A stretch of 32,000 nt of DNA from Methanopyrus kandleri AV19 (GTDB taxonomy: Archaea; JAADCQ01; Methanopyri; Methanopyrales; Methanopyraceae), in the NCBI RefSeq assembly GCF_000007185.1, contig NC_003551.1, positions 150,001 to 182,000 on the forward strand, written 5' to 3'. The notes under the pieces were generated by a model, which did not search any database, was not told the DNA's origin, and saw only the letters and a program-made list of their open reading frames with translations. Of this stretch, positions 1-9,701 are shown piece after piece; within the stretch, counting starts at the first letter, position 1; every line of letters starts with the position of its first letter. The position numbers were made by a program, and so were the translations under genes.

Positions 1-267
1 TGTCTCAGAGACACCGAACGGAGTGTAGCGACGGCAGGACCGAATCCTACGCTTCGGGGTGAACATCCCCACCTCGTTGACTTTGTTCAAAACGTGGCGT
101 TCGGCCGCCTCCCTGGTTAACTTGCTGAAGCCTTCCCGGCGACGCATCAAGGGACACCGCTCGATCATGGGGTCACCTTCGGCGCGAACCTCCACGTCAC
201 CGTCCTTCCAGATCACCCGTACCGGTGTCTTCCCCAGACACTCCATCATGTGCTCATACTTCGCCAC
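1..267 (-). CDS. Partial CDS (runs off left edge); resembles methanogenesis marker protein 8 / DUF2099 family
   Basis: Not in ORF track because it has no stop in the window. Reverse strand reads (M)AKYEHMMECLGKTPVRVIWKDGDVEVRAEGDPMIERCPLMRREGFSKLTREAAERHVLNKVNEVGMFTPKRRI..., with GTG start at 267 preceded by GGAGGG. Family assignment is from motif memory. Confidence 0.6.
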   Translation of the reverse strand, partial: MAKYEHMMECLGKTPVRVIWKDGDVEVRAEGDPMIERCPLMRRREGFSKLTREAAERHVLNKVNEVGMFTPKRRIRSCRRYTPFGVSET

Positions 268-296
268 CTCGACACCCTCCGGGGGACGATGTACCG

Positions 297-746
297 TTGC
301 GTCTGACACCGATAGGGTGGGTCGTCGAGCGTACGGACGAAGAGGGACTTGTGAAGGTGAGGGAGAGATACAGGAAGTGCCTCGAGGGGTTGGAGGGATT
401 CTCCCACGTCTGGATATTATGGTGGGGACATGAAGCGGATCGGACAGTTACGAGGGTAAGGCCCGTTCACGGGGAAGTCCCCGAGCTCGTCGGTGTTTTC
501 GCCTGCAGGAGTCCCGACCGGCCGAATCCCGTGCTCCTGACGCTTTGTCGGATACTGGAAGTTCGTCCGAACTCCGGCGAGCTTCGGGTCTCCGGCCTAG
601 ACGCCCGAGCCGGATCGCCGGTGGTCGATATGAAGCCGTACCTACCCGGTTACGACGAACCCGATGGGGAGGTGTCGGTACCGGAGTGGGTCGAGATGGT
701 CAAACGGGGTCACCGGCCTCCTCGAACTCGAGGTCACCGTCGATGA
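297..746 (+). CDS. TrmO/TsaA (YaeB-like) family tRNA methyltransferase
   Basis: Family signatures [45 protein letters not shown] and [19 protein letters not shown] start at 297 after GGGGGA; ATG 225 gives a non-conserved extension. Confidence 0.85.
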
Positions 747-2415
747 GCCCACGTAGTACGTCCGCTAGCTCGTCGACCTCCACGCGGACCTGCTCGGTCG
801 TGTCCCTGTCCCTGATCGTCACCGTGTCGTCCTCGAGAGTTTCGTGGTCTACGGTGACGCAGTACGGAACACCGATCTCGTCGGCGCGAGCGTATCGTCT
901 GCCTATCGAACCGGAGTCGTCGTACTCGACCGTAAATCCTTCCTCACGTAGCATGCGGGCCACGCGTCGGGCGTACTCGACCATGTCGCTGCGCTTCAGC
1001 AGTGGGAACACTCCCACCTCGATCGGCGCCAGCCAGGCCGGGAACCTGAACACGCCCTCCTCCGGGTCGAAGTTGTGCTCGAGGACGCAATACAGGATAC
1101 GATCGATACCGTAGGAAGGTTCGATCACGTGCGGGTAGAACCGCTCGCCCGTGACCTTCTCCTTGACGATTTCGTAGCACTCCGGTGGCACCTCTACCTC
1201 CTTGCCGTCGACTTCGACGGTGAGACCTCCCTTCAGCTCGTCCTCGCTCTCCGCGGTGATCCGACGTAGCGCCTCCGCGATCTTCGGGGCGTCCGACTTG
1301 AACCTCGGTCCGAGCTCCTTCATCACGGGTTCCGGGCGGTAGACTATCTTGGGCTCCTCCAGCTCGCGGAAGGCCCGTAGGTCCTCTCCGCTGTGTTCCG
1401 AGTGCTTCTTAAGGTCGTAATCCGTCCTGTCCGCGATCCCGACGACTTCAACCCACCCGAACCGCTCCAGCTTCACCTCCACGTCCCAACAGTCGCTGGC
1501 GTAGTGTGCCCGCTCTTCGGGAAGGTGCTGACGCGATCGGATGGCTTCGTTCGGGACCCCCATCTCGTTGAGCATACGCTTGGTGAGACCGAGGAAGTAG
1601 CCGATGGGTTGACTGACCATGCCCTCCTCGACTGCCTCACGAACGGACATCTCCAGCATCTCGCCGTTCTCCTTCCGCTGTTCCTCTATGGGGTAGAACT
1701 TGAGGACTTCGTCCGCGTAGCGCTCGAACCCTGGGTACTCCTTCTCCTCGGGGTCGAAGAAGACTTCAGCCTCGGCCTGAGTGAACTCGCGGAGACGGAT
1801 CACACCCTGTCGCGGGCTGATCTCGTTTCGGTACGCGCGACCTATCTGCACGACGCCGAAGGGAAGCTTCTGGCGCGCCCATCGGTAAAGGTCCTTGAAC
1901 TGGATGAAGATAGCCTGGGCGGTCTCCGGACGCAAATACCCCGTTCGACCCTCCTTGGGACCGATGTTCGTGTCGAACATTAGGTTGAACTCAGTAACCT
2001 CAGCGAGCTCCCCACCGCACTCGGGACATCGGAGGTCGTGCTCACGGATCAAGTCCTCCAACTCCTCGGGCGACATTCCTTCGGCGTCGACTCCCAGCTC
2101 CTCCTCGGCCAAGTGATCGGCACGGAAGAACTCGCCACACTCGCTGCAGTGAGTCATGGGGTCTATGAAGTGCTCGACGTGACCGGAAGCCTCGAACACC
2201 TCGCCTATGAGCAGGTTGGGAGCTTCGATTTCCATGAAACCTTCCTTATGGACGTAGTACTCGCGCCACTTCTCCTCGATCTTCCGCTTCAGGAGTGCTC
2301 CCAGGGGACCGTAGTCGTAGAAGCCCCGGGCTCCCCCGTAGATGCGGAACGCAGGCAGTATGAACCCGCGTCGGCGTGCGATCTCCATGATACGTTCGTA
2401 GACATCCTCGGTCAA
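700..2415 (-). CDS. glyS: Glycyl-tRNA synthetase
   Basis: 571 aa. Class II motifs: [49 protein letters not shown], anticodon-binding domain at C-terminus. Confidence 0.97.
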
Positions 2416-2431
2416 TTCCGTGCCCCCTACC

Positions 2432-3412
2432 TCATATCTCGTAGACTGCTTCCGCTACCCCGTACAGCTTGAGTACGTGCTCCTCGGCCACGAGGATCGT
2501 CTTCACGCTCTCCTTGGCGATACTCTCCAGGTCCTCCCGATCGAACTCCTCCGCTCCCAGGATCAGGGTGAGATCGCGCCCGTCACCCTCGAACTTCGGC
2601 ACGAGATCCGAGTCGTCGTCACCGACCGTACGCAAGCTGGGCTCGTTTCGGACCCATTCCACGAGCCGGATGGCCGCGTTCAAGACTTCGGAGACACGTT
2701 CAGAATCCTTCACGACGATCCCCACGGTACTGTGTTTACGAATACCGAGCAACGCCTCACGCTGGTCTTCGTCGGGTCTGAAATCGTAAGGTTCCACACC
2801 GGCGGCTTCCACGACAGCCTCCGCGGCCTTCACGGGGTCCTCAGAGGACGTGATGTACCCGCCCACGATCACCAAGTCCACACCATCCAGCTCCTCTATC
2901 TTCCTCGGGGTAAGACCACCTGCGACCGCAGTTCTCGCGGGACACCGGTCGACCCCGAACTTGTGGAGTAGCTCTTCCCCCGTGATCGGCTCGTCGATGG
3001 CCGCGTGGAGCAGGAGGTAGTCCGGGAATTCCTCAAGTCCCTTCAACTTCGACAGGACGTCTACGGGATTGACGCCGATAGTGTCCACTAATGCCCCGGC
3101 GCAGAGCTCATGTGCCCTGGTGACGAACGATCGAATCGTCTCCTCGGGCGCCGCACCCAGCACGCATCCCAGGTTCGCCCCGTGTTTAATCGATAGCTCC
3201 GCCTCCAGTGCCCCCACGTCCATCGTTTTCGTGTCGGCGACTATGGGACGCTCCGGAAACTCCTCGGCCAACCGCTCGATCGCCCGCGATCCTTCGGCCT
3301 TGATGAGCGGTGTTCCGACCTCAAGTACGTGGATTCCGGCCTCCACGCTCGCTTCGGCTATTTCGATGGCTTTGGGCAGGGATGTAAGATCCAACGCTAC
3401 CTGTGTAAGCAT
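2432..3412 (-). CDS. 3-hexulose-6-phosphate synthase / OMP decarboxylase (HUMPS) family, with about 100-aa C-terminal extension
   Basis: [45 protein letters not shown] (D-x-K-x-x-D) and GG motifs. C-terminal 100 aa are outside the TIM-barrel family. Confidence 0.85.
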   Translation of the reverse strand: MLTQVALDLTSLPKAIEIAEASVEAGIHVLEVGTPLIKAEGSRAIERLAEEFPERPIVADTKTMDVGALEAELSIKHGANLGCVLGAAPEETIRSFVTRAHELCAGALVDTIGVNPVDVLSKLKGLEEFPDYLLLHAAIDEPITGEELLHKFGVDRCPARTAVAGGLTPRKIEELDGVDLVIVGGYITSSEDPVKAAEAVVEAAGVEPYDFRPDEDQREALLGIRKHSTVGIVVKDSERVSEVLNAAIRLVEWVRNEPSLRTVGDDDSDLVPKFEGDGRDLTLILGAEEFDREDLESIAKESVKTILVAEEHVLKLYGVAEAVYEI

Positions 3413-4548
3413 CCGCTGTCCCCCGCCACCTCTGTGAGGACGGCTTCGAACTCCTCCGGACTCGCGTCGGTTTTCACAACGGCTCTCTTTGAATAGTGTG
3501 GACGCACCGCGTTGAATCCCTCCTCACGGAGCCCCTCAAGTACCGAGGTCAGACTCGGCACCCTGGATAAGCCCAACCTCGACGCCCATCGGTGGATATC
3601 GTAAGCCCAAGGATTCGTCCCGGTCTCCTTCGCCACAGTCTCCAGGAGTTCCGCAGCCTCTTCGAGCCCGAGTTCGCGGGCGTCCGAAGCCGCACGTTCG
3701 GCCCGCTCCCGGTCCGCGAAGTCGGGCAACCACAGGGGTCCCAACCTTACTACGCTCCCTGACCCGCAGCGCGGGCACTCACGATCGAACTCGCGCTCCG
3801 AAGTGTACCCACACTCGCGACAGTGCAGAAGGTAACCGAGCCGTTTTAACGCCCGATCGGCTCGGCGGGCTCCTCTTCGGATCTCGCCGATTACGCGCAC
3901 ATGATGACGCTGGAAGAACGCGATATGTGGTTCGAACGCGAGGTCGTACTTCGCACACGTTCGGACGATGTACGAAATCAGCGCGCGGATGGCCACTTCC
4001 TGGTAGAACTCGACGCGCTCAACCTCGACCCAATACTTCCTCCGGGCCGAGCGCGGGTAACGCCCTGCGAGGGCCGAGACGTCGGTGGCGGAGATCCCGA
4101 CCACGCCACGGTTCCGGACCGTTCTAACGGCGGCATCCAAGAACGGGACCGGAGGCCCGAACGGATCGATGTCGACGTAATCGAAACGACCTGCCAGCTC
4201 ATCTTCGTGCATCAAGGCGTTCGCATCACGGTTCTCGATCCTGCAGACGTCCTCGACGTCGTTCAACCGGACGTTCTCCTCGATCAGCTCGACCGCGCGG
4301 GGATTGAGATCGTTGAGGACGACCACCTCAGGACTCAACTCGACGGCGATGCGGATCCCGCGAGCGCCTACTCCCGCCAGCGGATCACACACGATCTTCG
4401 GGCCGTATTGCACCAGCGAGGATACCGTTAAATCGCGGCTCAGTTGCATTGCGGGGTTGTAGAACACTGGGTCTCTGGCGGAGGGCTGCCCGCGGGTCTT
4501 CGGGACTTTCAGCGGCGTGCGGCCCTCGGTGATTATCTCAAGCTCCAT
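3397..4548 (-). CDS. trm1: tRNA (guanine26-N2)-dimethyltransferase
   Basis: 383 aa. PLAGVGARGIRIA, FDYVDIDPFGPPVPFLDAA, GISATDVSAL, and Zn-ribbon CRECGYTSEREFDRECPRCG. Confidence 0.95.
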   Translation of the reverse strand: MELEIITEGRTPLKVPKTRGQPSARDPVFYNPAMQLSRDLTVSSLVQYGPKIVCDPLAGVGARGIRIAVELSPEVVVLNDLNPRAVELIEENVRLNDVEDVCRIENRDANALMHEDELAGRFDYVDIDPFGPPVPFLDAAVRTVRNRGVVGISATDVSALAGRYPRSARRKYWVEVERVEFYQEVAIRALISYIVRTCAKYDLAFEPHIAFFQRHHVRVIGEIRRGARRADRALKRLGYLLHCRECGYTSEREFDRECPRCGSGSVVRLGPLWLPDFADRERAERAASDARELGLEEAAELLETVAKETGTNPWAYDIHRWASRLGLSRVPSLTSVLEGLREEGFNAVRPHYSKRAVVKTDASPEEFEAVLTEVAGDSGCLHR

Positions 4549-4582
4549 CGCCCTGTCCCTGGCCCTGTCCCTGAGGGTGCGC

Positions 4583-4855
4583 TCACTTCAGTGTCACCTC
4601 GGTACCCAGGGCCTGGCCCGGGAGACCACGCTCGAACCGGACGCGTACGGCCCCGTTGTTGCCGTGGGTGTCGACCACTTTACCCCGAATCACCTTACCC
4701 GTCTCCGGGTGCTTCCAGATGACTTCCTTACCGATCAACTGGGCCGCCTCTGATCTGCTCTCGACACCCTCAAACTCTATTATGCACTGCCTGGGATCCT
4801 GCGTGTGCCGTCCCATGCGGTAGTTCACGATCACACCTCGCTTGACCTCACTCAC
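4583..4855 (-). CDS. rpl35ae: Ribosomal protein L35Ae
   Basis: 90 aa; VIVNYRMGRHTQDPRQCIIEFEG...GKEVIWKHPETGKVIRGKVVDTHGNNGAVRVRFERGLPGQALG. Confidence 0.93.
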   Translation of the reverse strand: MSEVKRGVIVNYRMGRHTQDPRQCIIEFEGVESRSEAAQLIGKEVIWKHPETGKVIRGKVVDTHGNNGAVRVRFERGLPGQALGTEVTLK

Positions 4856-4882
4856 GACTATTTACCCCCTGGGGGAGACCAG

Positions 4883-6067
4883 TTGTCCAAGCTCGCCATC
4901 GAGGGAGGCAGACCGATTAGGGAGGACCCTATACCGATCGCTCAACCTATCCTGGGTGACGAGGAGGCCCGTGCCGTCACGGAGGTCCTTCGGTCGGGCC
5001 AGCTCGCTCAGGGACCACGCGTTGAGGAGTTCGAGCGTGAGTTCGCCCAGTTCGTCGGATGTGAACACTGCGTCGCGACGAGCTCGGGCACGACCGCACT
5101 GCAGCTCGCCCTGGAGTCCGCCGGGCTCGGGCCGGGCGACCTCGCGATCGTGCCGTCTTTTACGTTTATCGCTACTGCGAACGCCGCCTTACACGTGGGC
5201 GCCGACGTCGCGTTCGTGGACATCGATCTGGAAACGTACTGTATGGATCCACGCTCCCTGGAGGAGGTCGTGAAGCTCCTGAAAGACCGCGTGCTACGTC
5301 CCCGCACCGTAGCAGTGATCCCTGTGCACCTCTACGGCCACCCCGCTGACATGGACCCGATCCTAGAGATCGCGGAGGAACACGATCTCATCGTGATCGA
5401 GGACGCGGCACAGGCCCACGGAGCCGAGTACAAAGGTAGGAGGATAGGATCCTTGGGAGACGCCGCCTGCTTCAGCTTCTATCCGACCAAGAACATGACC
5501 ACGGGAGAGGGCGGGGCGATCACCACGGACGACGGGGAACTGGCCGAGCGGGCCAGAATGCTCCGCTCACACGGCGAGCGCGAACGCTACGATCACGTGG
5601 AGCTAGGGTACAACTTTCGGATGACGGACATCGCCGCGGCTATCGGGATCGTCCAGCTTCGGAGGCTGGAGGAGTTCAACGAGCGGAGGAGGGAGAACGC
5701 TCGCTACTACCTCAAGGAACTGGCCGATTTAGAACCCCTCATCGAACTACCGACCGAGAAGCCCTGGGCGAAACACGTTTACCATCAGTTCACGATTAGG
5801 ATCAACGTGGAAGAGTTGTCCTGTACGAGAGACGAGTTCGCGGAGGCGCTCCGTGCCGAGGGAGTGGACTGTGCCGTACACTACCCGACTCCGCTACACC
5901 GACAACCCGTATACCTCAGGCGCGGTTATCACGCCACGGAGCTCCCGAAATCGGAGCGTGCGGCCGAGACCGTACTATCCATTCCGGTACATCCGGGTTT
6001 GTCGGAGGAGGACCGTCAGGACGTTGTGGAAGCCGTTGAGAAGGTCGTTTCCGCGTTTTCCCGATAG
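4883..6067 (+). CDS. DegT/DnrJ/EryC1/StrS family PLP-dependent sugar aminotransferase
   Basis: ATSSGTTALQLAL, IPVHLYGHPADM, IEDAAQAHGAEYKG, CFSFYPTKNMTTGEGG. TTG start at 4883 after GGGGGAGA. Confidence 0.93.
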   Translation: MSKLAIEGGRPIREDPIPIAQPILGDEEARAVTEVLRSGQLAQGPRVEEFEREFAQFVGCEHCVATSSGTTALQLALESAGLGPGDLAIVPSFTFIATANAALHVGADVAFVDIDLETYCMDPRSLEEVVKLLKDRVLRPRTVAVIPVHLYGHPADMDPILEIAEEHDLIVIEDAAQAHGAEYKGRRIGSLGDAACFSFYPTKNMTTGEGGAITTDDGELAERARMLRSHGERERYDHVELGYNFRMTDIAAAIGIVQLRRLEEFNERRRENARYYLKELADLEPLIELPTEKPWAKHVYHQFTIRINVEELSCTRDEFAEALRAEGVDCAVHYPTPLHRQPVYLRRGYHATELPKSERAAETVLSIPVHPGLSEEDRQDVVEAVEKVVSAFSR

Positions 6068-6088
6068 GCTCACACGAGGGGAACGCGC

Positions 6089-8347
6089 TTGCCGCGCGAG
6101 AAGTGTCCTAAATGTGACGGGAAGGGGAAGATCCCAGTCGGAGAGACCGAATGTCCCAGATGCGGTGGTACCGGGTTCGTGGGCGACGTGGACATCAGCG
6201 AGCACTTCAAAGGAGCGGCTCAGCACGCCGTCGAAGGGTACGATCTCGCCAGCTCACGTGACGTCCCCTGTCCGAAGTGTCAGGGTAAAGGTGTGATAAC
6301 GGTCTACGAGGAATGCGACAGGTGCGGTGGTACCGGTTACATCGTGAAGTGTCGGGAGTGCGGGAAGGAACTGGATCCAGACGTTGAAGAGGACCTATGC
6401 GAGGAGTGCCGGAAGAAGATCAAACAGATTCGCAAGGAAAAGCTGCCAAAGGTGAAGGTCCTCTCGCCGGCGTGCGGGTACGAGGACGTCGAAGAGGGCG
6501 AGCTGTACAAGGGCAAGGTTAGCCGTGTCGAGAAGTACGGAGTTTTCATCGAATTAAACGACAGAACCCTCGGTCTGCTACACCGTCGCGATATGGGCGA
6601 CAAGGAGCCTCAGGACTTCTCGATCGGTGACGAGGTGGTGGTGAAGGTCACGGACGTGCGACCGGAGGACGGCGAGATCGACTTCACGATCGAAGGTATC
6701 GACCCACGGCCCGATCGATACCGCGAGGAGGTCGTGGAGAAGGAGCTGAAGCGCGTACTCGTACACGACATCGACGAATCGAAGATCGGCGAGACCGTCC
6801 TGATTAAAGGTAAGATCATCCACGTCCAGCAGACACCCGGACCGACCGTATTCACGCTACGAGACGAGAGCGGTAGCATCTGGATGGCAGCCTTCGAGGG
6901 GCCGGGGATCAGGGCCTATCCGGACATCGAGGCGGGTGATTACGTCCGGGTGATCGGCGAGGTCACCACGCACGACGGCCAGCTCCAGGTCGAGATCCTC
7001 GACATGGAGAAGCTCGTGGGGACGGAGAAAGTCGAGATCAAACGAGCCATCGACGAGGCGCTCGACCGGGAAGCCGAGCCGCCCGAGGATCTAAAACCCA
7101 TGGTAGACAGCGAGATCATCGAGCGTCTGTGGCCGCGGATGCGCGAGGTGGCGAAGGAGATCAAGCGGGCCGTACTCGAAGGTCGGCCCGTCCTGATCCG
7201 GCACCACGCGGACGCCGACGGTATCTCGGGCGGAGTAGCGCTGGAGGAGGCGATACTCCCGATCTTGAGGGAGAACAACCCGGACCCGGAGGCAGAGTAC
7301 CACTTCTACAAGCGGTTCCCGAACAAGGCGCCGATATACACCCTCGAGGACGCCTCACGGGACCTGAACCACGCCCTAGAGGACGTCCACAGGTACGGCC
7401 ATCAGGTACCACTCCTGGTACTCTTGGACATCGGGTGTACCGAGGAGGACGTACCCGCCATCGAGGAAATGAAGGCCTACGGCGTCGACGTCCTGGTCAT
7501 CGACCACCACTATCCGGGCGAAGCCGTGGGAGAGAACCCGGAGGACGGACTGAAGGAGTTCCCGATCGACGAACACGTGAAGGTACACGTGAACCCCTAC
7601 GCGGCGGGTGGCGACGGCAAGAACATCCCCGCAGGTGTCCTGGCCGTAGAGATCGCCCGACTCATCAACCCGGAGGTGGAGGACAGGATTAAGCACCTCC
7701 CGGCGGTCGCGTGTCTGGGGGACCACGCCGAGTCTCCCGAGGCGGAGCAGTACCTCGAGATCGCCGAGGAGGCCGGTTTCGACAGGAAGTGGCTGAGGAA
7801 GATCGCGGACAGCGTCGACTTCCAGGCGTTCCAGCTGCGTCACACTCCGGGGAGGCACCTGATGAACGACGTTCTCGGCACTACAGGGGACGAACACCGA
7901 CACCGACGGCTGGTAGAGAACCTCTACAAGCAGCATAAGATCGCCTGCGAGCGGCAGCTGGAAGCCGCGCTGAAGGGAGTCAAGGAGTACGAGACGGACG
8001 GTGTGAAGGTGGTCACCTTAGACGTGGAGAAGCACGCCCGCAAGTTCGAGTACCCCGGCCCGGGCAAGACGTGCGGGCTCGTCCACGACCTGAAGGTCGA
8101 GGAAGAAGGCGACGATGCAAAGGTAGTGACCATCGCGTACGGACCGGACTTCGCGGTGATCAGGGCCACGGAGAACCTGGGGATAAACCTCAACGATATC
8201 GTATCGGAACTGGAGGAAGAGATGCCAGAGGCCGCGGTGGAGGGTGGAGGTCACGAGACCGCCGGCTCGATATCGTTCGTGGAGGCACATCGGAACAAGG
8301 TCCTCAAGGCGCTGGTCGAGAAGATCCTGAGGGACGCCACCTCTTAA
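6089..8347 (+). CDS. Archaeal RecJ-like DHH phosphoesterase with DnaJ-type Zn finger, S1 and OB domains (COG1107-type)
   Basis: 752 aa. CxxCxGxG repeats, S1 domain YKGKVSRVEKYGVFIELNDRTLGLLH, OB-fold IHVQQTPGPTVFTLRDESGSIW, DHH motifs RHHADADGISG and LVIDHHYPG. Confidence 0.93.
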   Translation: MPREKCPKCDGKGKIPVGETECPRCGGTGFVGDVDISEHFKGAAQHAVEGYDLASSRDVPCPKCQGKGVITVYEECDRCGGTGYIVKCRECGKELDPDVEEDLCEECRKKIKQIRKEKLPKVKVLSPACGYEDVEEGELYKGKVSRVEKYGVFIELNDRTLGLLHRRDMGDKEPQDFSIGDEVVVKVTDVRPEDGEIDFTIEGIDPRPDRYREEVVEKELKRVLVHDIDESKIGETVLIKGKIIHVQQTPGPTVFTLRDESGSIWMAAFEGPGIRAYPDIEAGDYVRVIGEVTTHDGQLQVEILDMEKLVGTEKVEIKRAIDEALDREAEPPEDLKPMVDSEIIERLWPRMREVAKEIKRAVLEGRPVLIRHHADADGISGGVALEEAILPILRENNPDPEAEYHFYKRFPNKAPIYTLEDASRDLNHALEDVHRYGHQVPLLVLLDIGCTEEDVPAIEEMKAYGVDVLVIDHHYPGEAVGENPEDGLKEFPIDEHVKVHVNPYAAGGDGKNIPAGVLAVEIARLINPEVEDRIKHLPAVACLGDHAESPEAEQYLEIAEEAGFDRKWLRKIADSVDFQAFQLRHTPGRHLMNDVLGTTGDEHRHRRLVENLYKQHKIACERQLEAALKGVKEYETDGVKVVTLDVEKHARKFEYPGPGKTCGLVHDLKVEEEGDDAKVVTIAYGPDFAVIRATENLGINLNDIVSELEEEMPEAAVEGGGHETAGSISFVEAHRNKVLKALVEKILRDATS

Positions 8348-8832
8348 CCTACACGCACGCATTTCACGATAAGCCGCTCGCGCGCCGTGGAAAGAGGCGT
8401 GCAAGTGACCAACCACAGCTCGTCCTTATTCGACGCATCCGGGTCGATGACGTAATCCGGAGATACTACCACTTTATCGTACACCACGTACACGTACTTG
8501 GACCCGAACCAGTACACTATGACCTTATCACCGCGCTTTAACTCGTCGAGGTGTAGGAAGGGAGATCCGAAAAGAGTACGATGTCCGTAGAACACCGTGA
8601 TTCCCTTTTTACCAGGCGGAGGCGTCATGATCTCGTAATACACACCGTAGTCCGGCGAGGTGGTGTTGATCCGCTCGCGGAGACCTAACTTCGGGATGAC
8701 CAACTCGCAGTCGGGTATCGATACGGATTCATGGTACATGAAGTAAGCGACTTCCTTGGCCGCGAGATACCCCAAGTACGTCGTGGATGGAGCGAGCAGG
8801 AGAATTCCCGGAATCAGGTACCGTAACCTCAC
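8344..8832 (-). CDS. Sortase family transpeptidase
   Basis: 162 aa with N-terminal TM. FYGHRT (His), LHLDELKRGDKVIVYWF, DELWLVTCTPLSTARERLIVKC (catalytic Cys and Arg). Confidence 0.88.
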   Translation of the reverse strand: MRLRYLIPGILLLAPSTTYLGYLAAKEVAYFMYHESVSIPDCELVIPKLGLRERINTTSPDYGVYYEIMTPPPGKKGITVFYGHRTLFGSPFLHLDELKRGDKVIVYWFGSKYVYVVYDKVVVSPDYVIDPDASNKDELWLVTCTPLSTARERLIVKCVRVG

Positions 8833-9701
8833 TTGCTGAGACCCCTGTAGACTAGGTAGAGCCCGACCACGGCCGCCAGCACCACCGCCGCGATCAGGAA
8901 CAGGGACTCACCCGCTTTGTATTGACCCGCCGTGACGGCGCCCCCCGCACCAGCGCCTCCGGCGCCACCGACGCCCGCTCCACCCGCCGCACCGCCGGCG
9001 CCTCCACCTTCAGCTCCAGCCCCCGGGCCGCCGGCTCCTCTACTGTACTCCATGACGTACCTGATTTCGGGGAACGGACCGTACGGTCTGCCGTCGATGG
9101 TTACTCTACCGTCCTTAACACCGATTTTCCAGACCGGGACGTTATCGTTCACCCTCGCGGGCTTCGGGTCGGCATCGACCAGTCTACCGTCCGCTAGAAC
9201 GACCACCCCGCTGAGCTCCGTTTCCGGGGCACTGTTGACGTTTGCCTTTAACTCCATAGAGACCGAGATCCGCTCGTAGGAGCACTCGCTCATGTTGAAC
9301 GGCCAGCCGGCGTTCACCATCAGTGGGAAACCTTCCTCCAGGGAGACGTTACTCGCCACGATCTTGGCGTACGCCCTTGATCCAGAGATCTTGACGTCTT
9401 CGACCTTGGCACCCGAGATACCGATGTCCGACTCCCTAGGTTTTTGAGCACCCTTACCCGTGGCCTGCACCTCGATGACAAGTTTGGAGATAGTCACCGG
9501 GGGTTTTTTACCCTGACCGGTGGGCTCGGTGGGCTGTCCCACGGGCGCACCGGGGGACTGACCGGTTTGAGCTATGGTGATGGAGCCTACCAATGCGGAG
9601 TAAGCCACGCACATTCCCAGCATAACCAGTATAGTCGATTTTAAGGACAGTTTCAACAGGGTTTTCCCCCGCAGTGCGTCTACGTCTCCGGCAGTATCCA
9701 A
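8829..9701 (-). CDS. Secreted/membrane-anchored surface protein with Gly/Ala-rich low-complexity stalk and C-terminal TM
   Basis: 290 aa. N-terminal hydrophobic segment TILVMLGMCVAYSALVGSITIA, GAGGPGAGAEGGGAGGAAGGAGVGGAGGAGAGG tract, C-terminal SLFLIAAVVLAAVVGLYLVYRGLSK. 4-bp overlap with the sortase gene. Confidence 0.8.
   Translation of the reverse strand: MDTAGDVDALRGKTLLKLSLKSTILVMLGMCVAYSALVGSITIAQTGQSPGAPVGQPTEPTGQGKKPPVTISKLVIEVQATGKGAQKPRESDIGISGAKVEDVKISGSRAYAKIVASNVSLEEGFPLMVNAGWPFNMSECSYERISVSMELKANVNSAPETELSGVVVLADGRLVDADPKPARVNDNVPVWKIGVKDGRVTIDGRPYGPFPEIRYVMEYSRGAGGPGAGAEGGGAGGAAGGAGVGGAGGAGAGGAVTAGQYKAGESLFLIAAVVLAAVVGLYLVYRGLSK
8950..9045 (-). repeat. Imperfect Gly/Ala codon repeat encoding low-complexity stalk
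   Basis: Reverse strand has reiterated GGC/GGT/GCG/GCC triplets encoding (G/A)n. Confidence 0.75.

Noticed and set aside
7376-7936. 186-aa reverse-strand ORF
   Set aside because: Antisense to the DHH/RecJ-like domain; no independent motifs or RBS.
8950-9045. Considered CRISPR or tandem DNA repeat
   Set aside because: Repeat units are irregular GGN/GCN codons in a protein-coding frame with no spacers; best explained as a Gly/Ala stalk.
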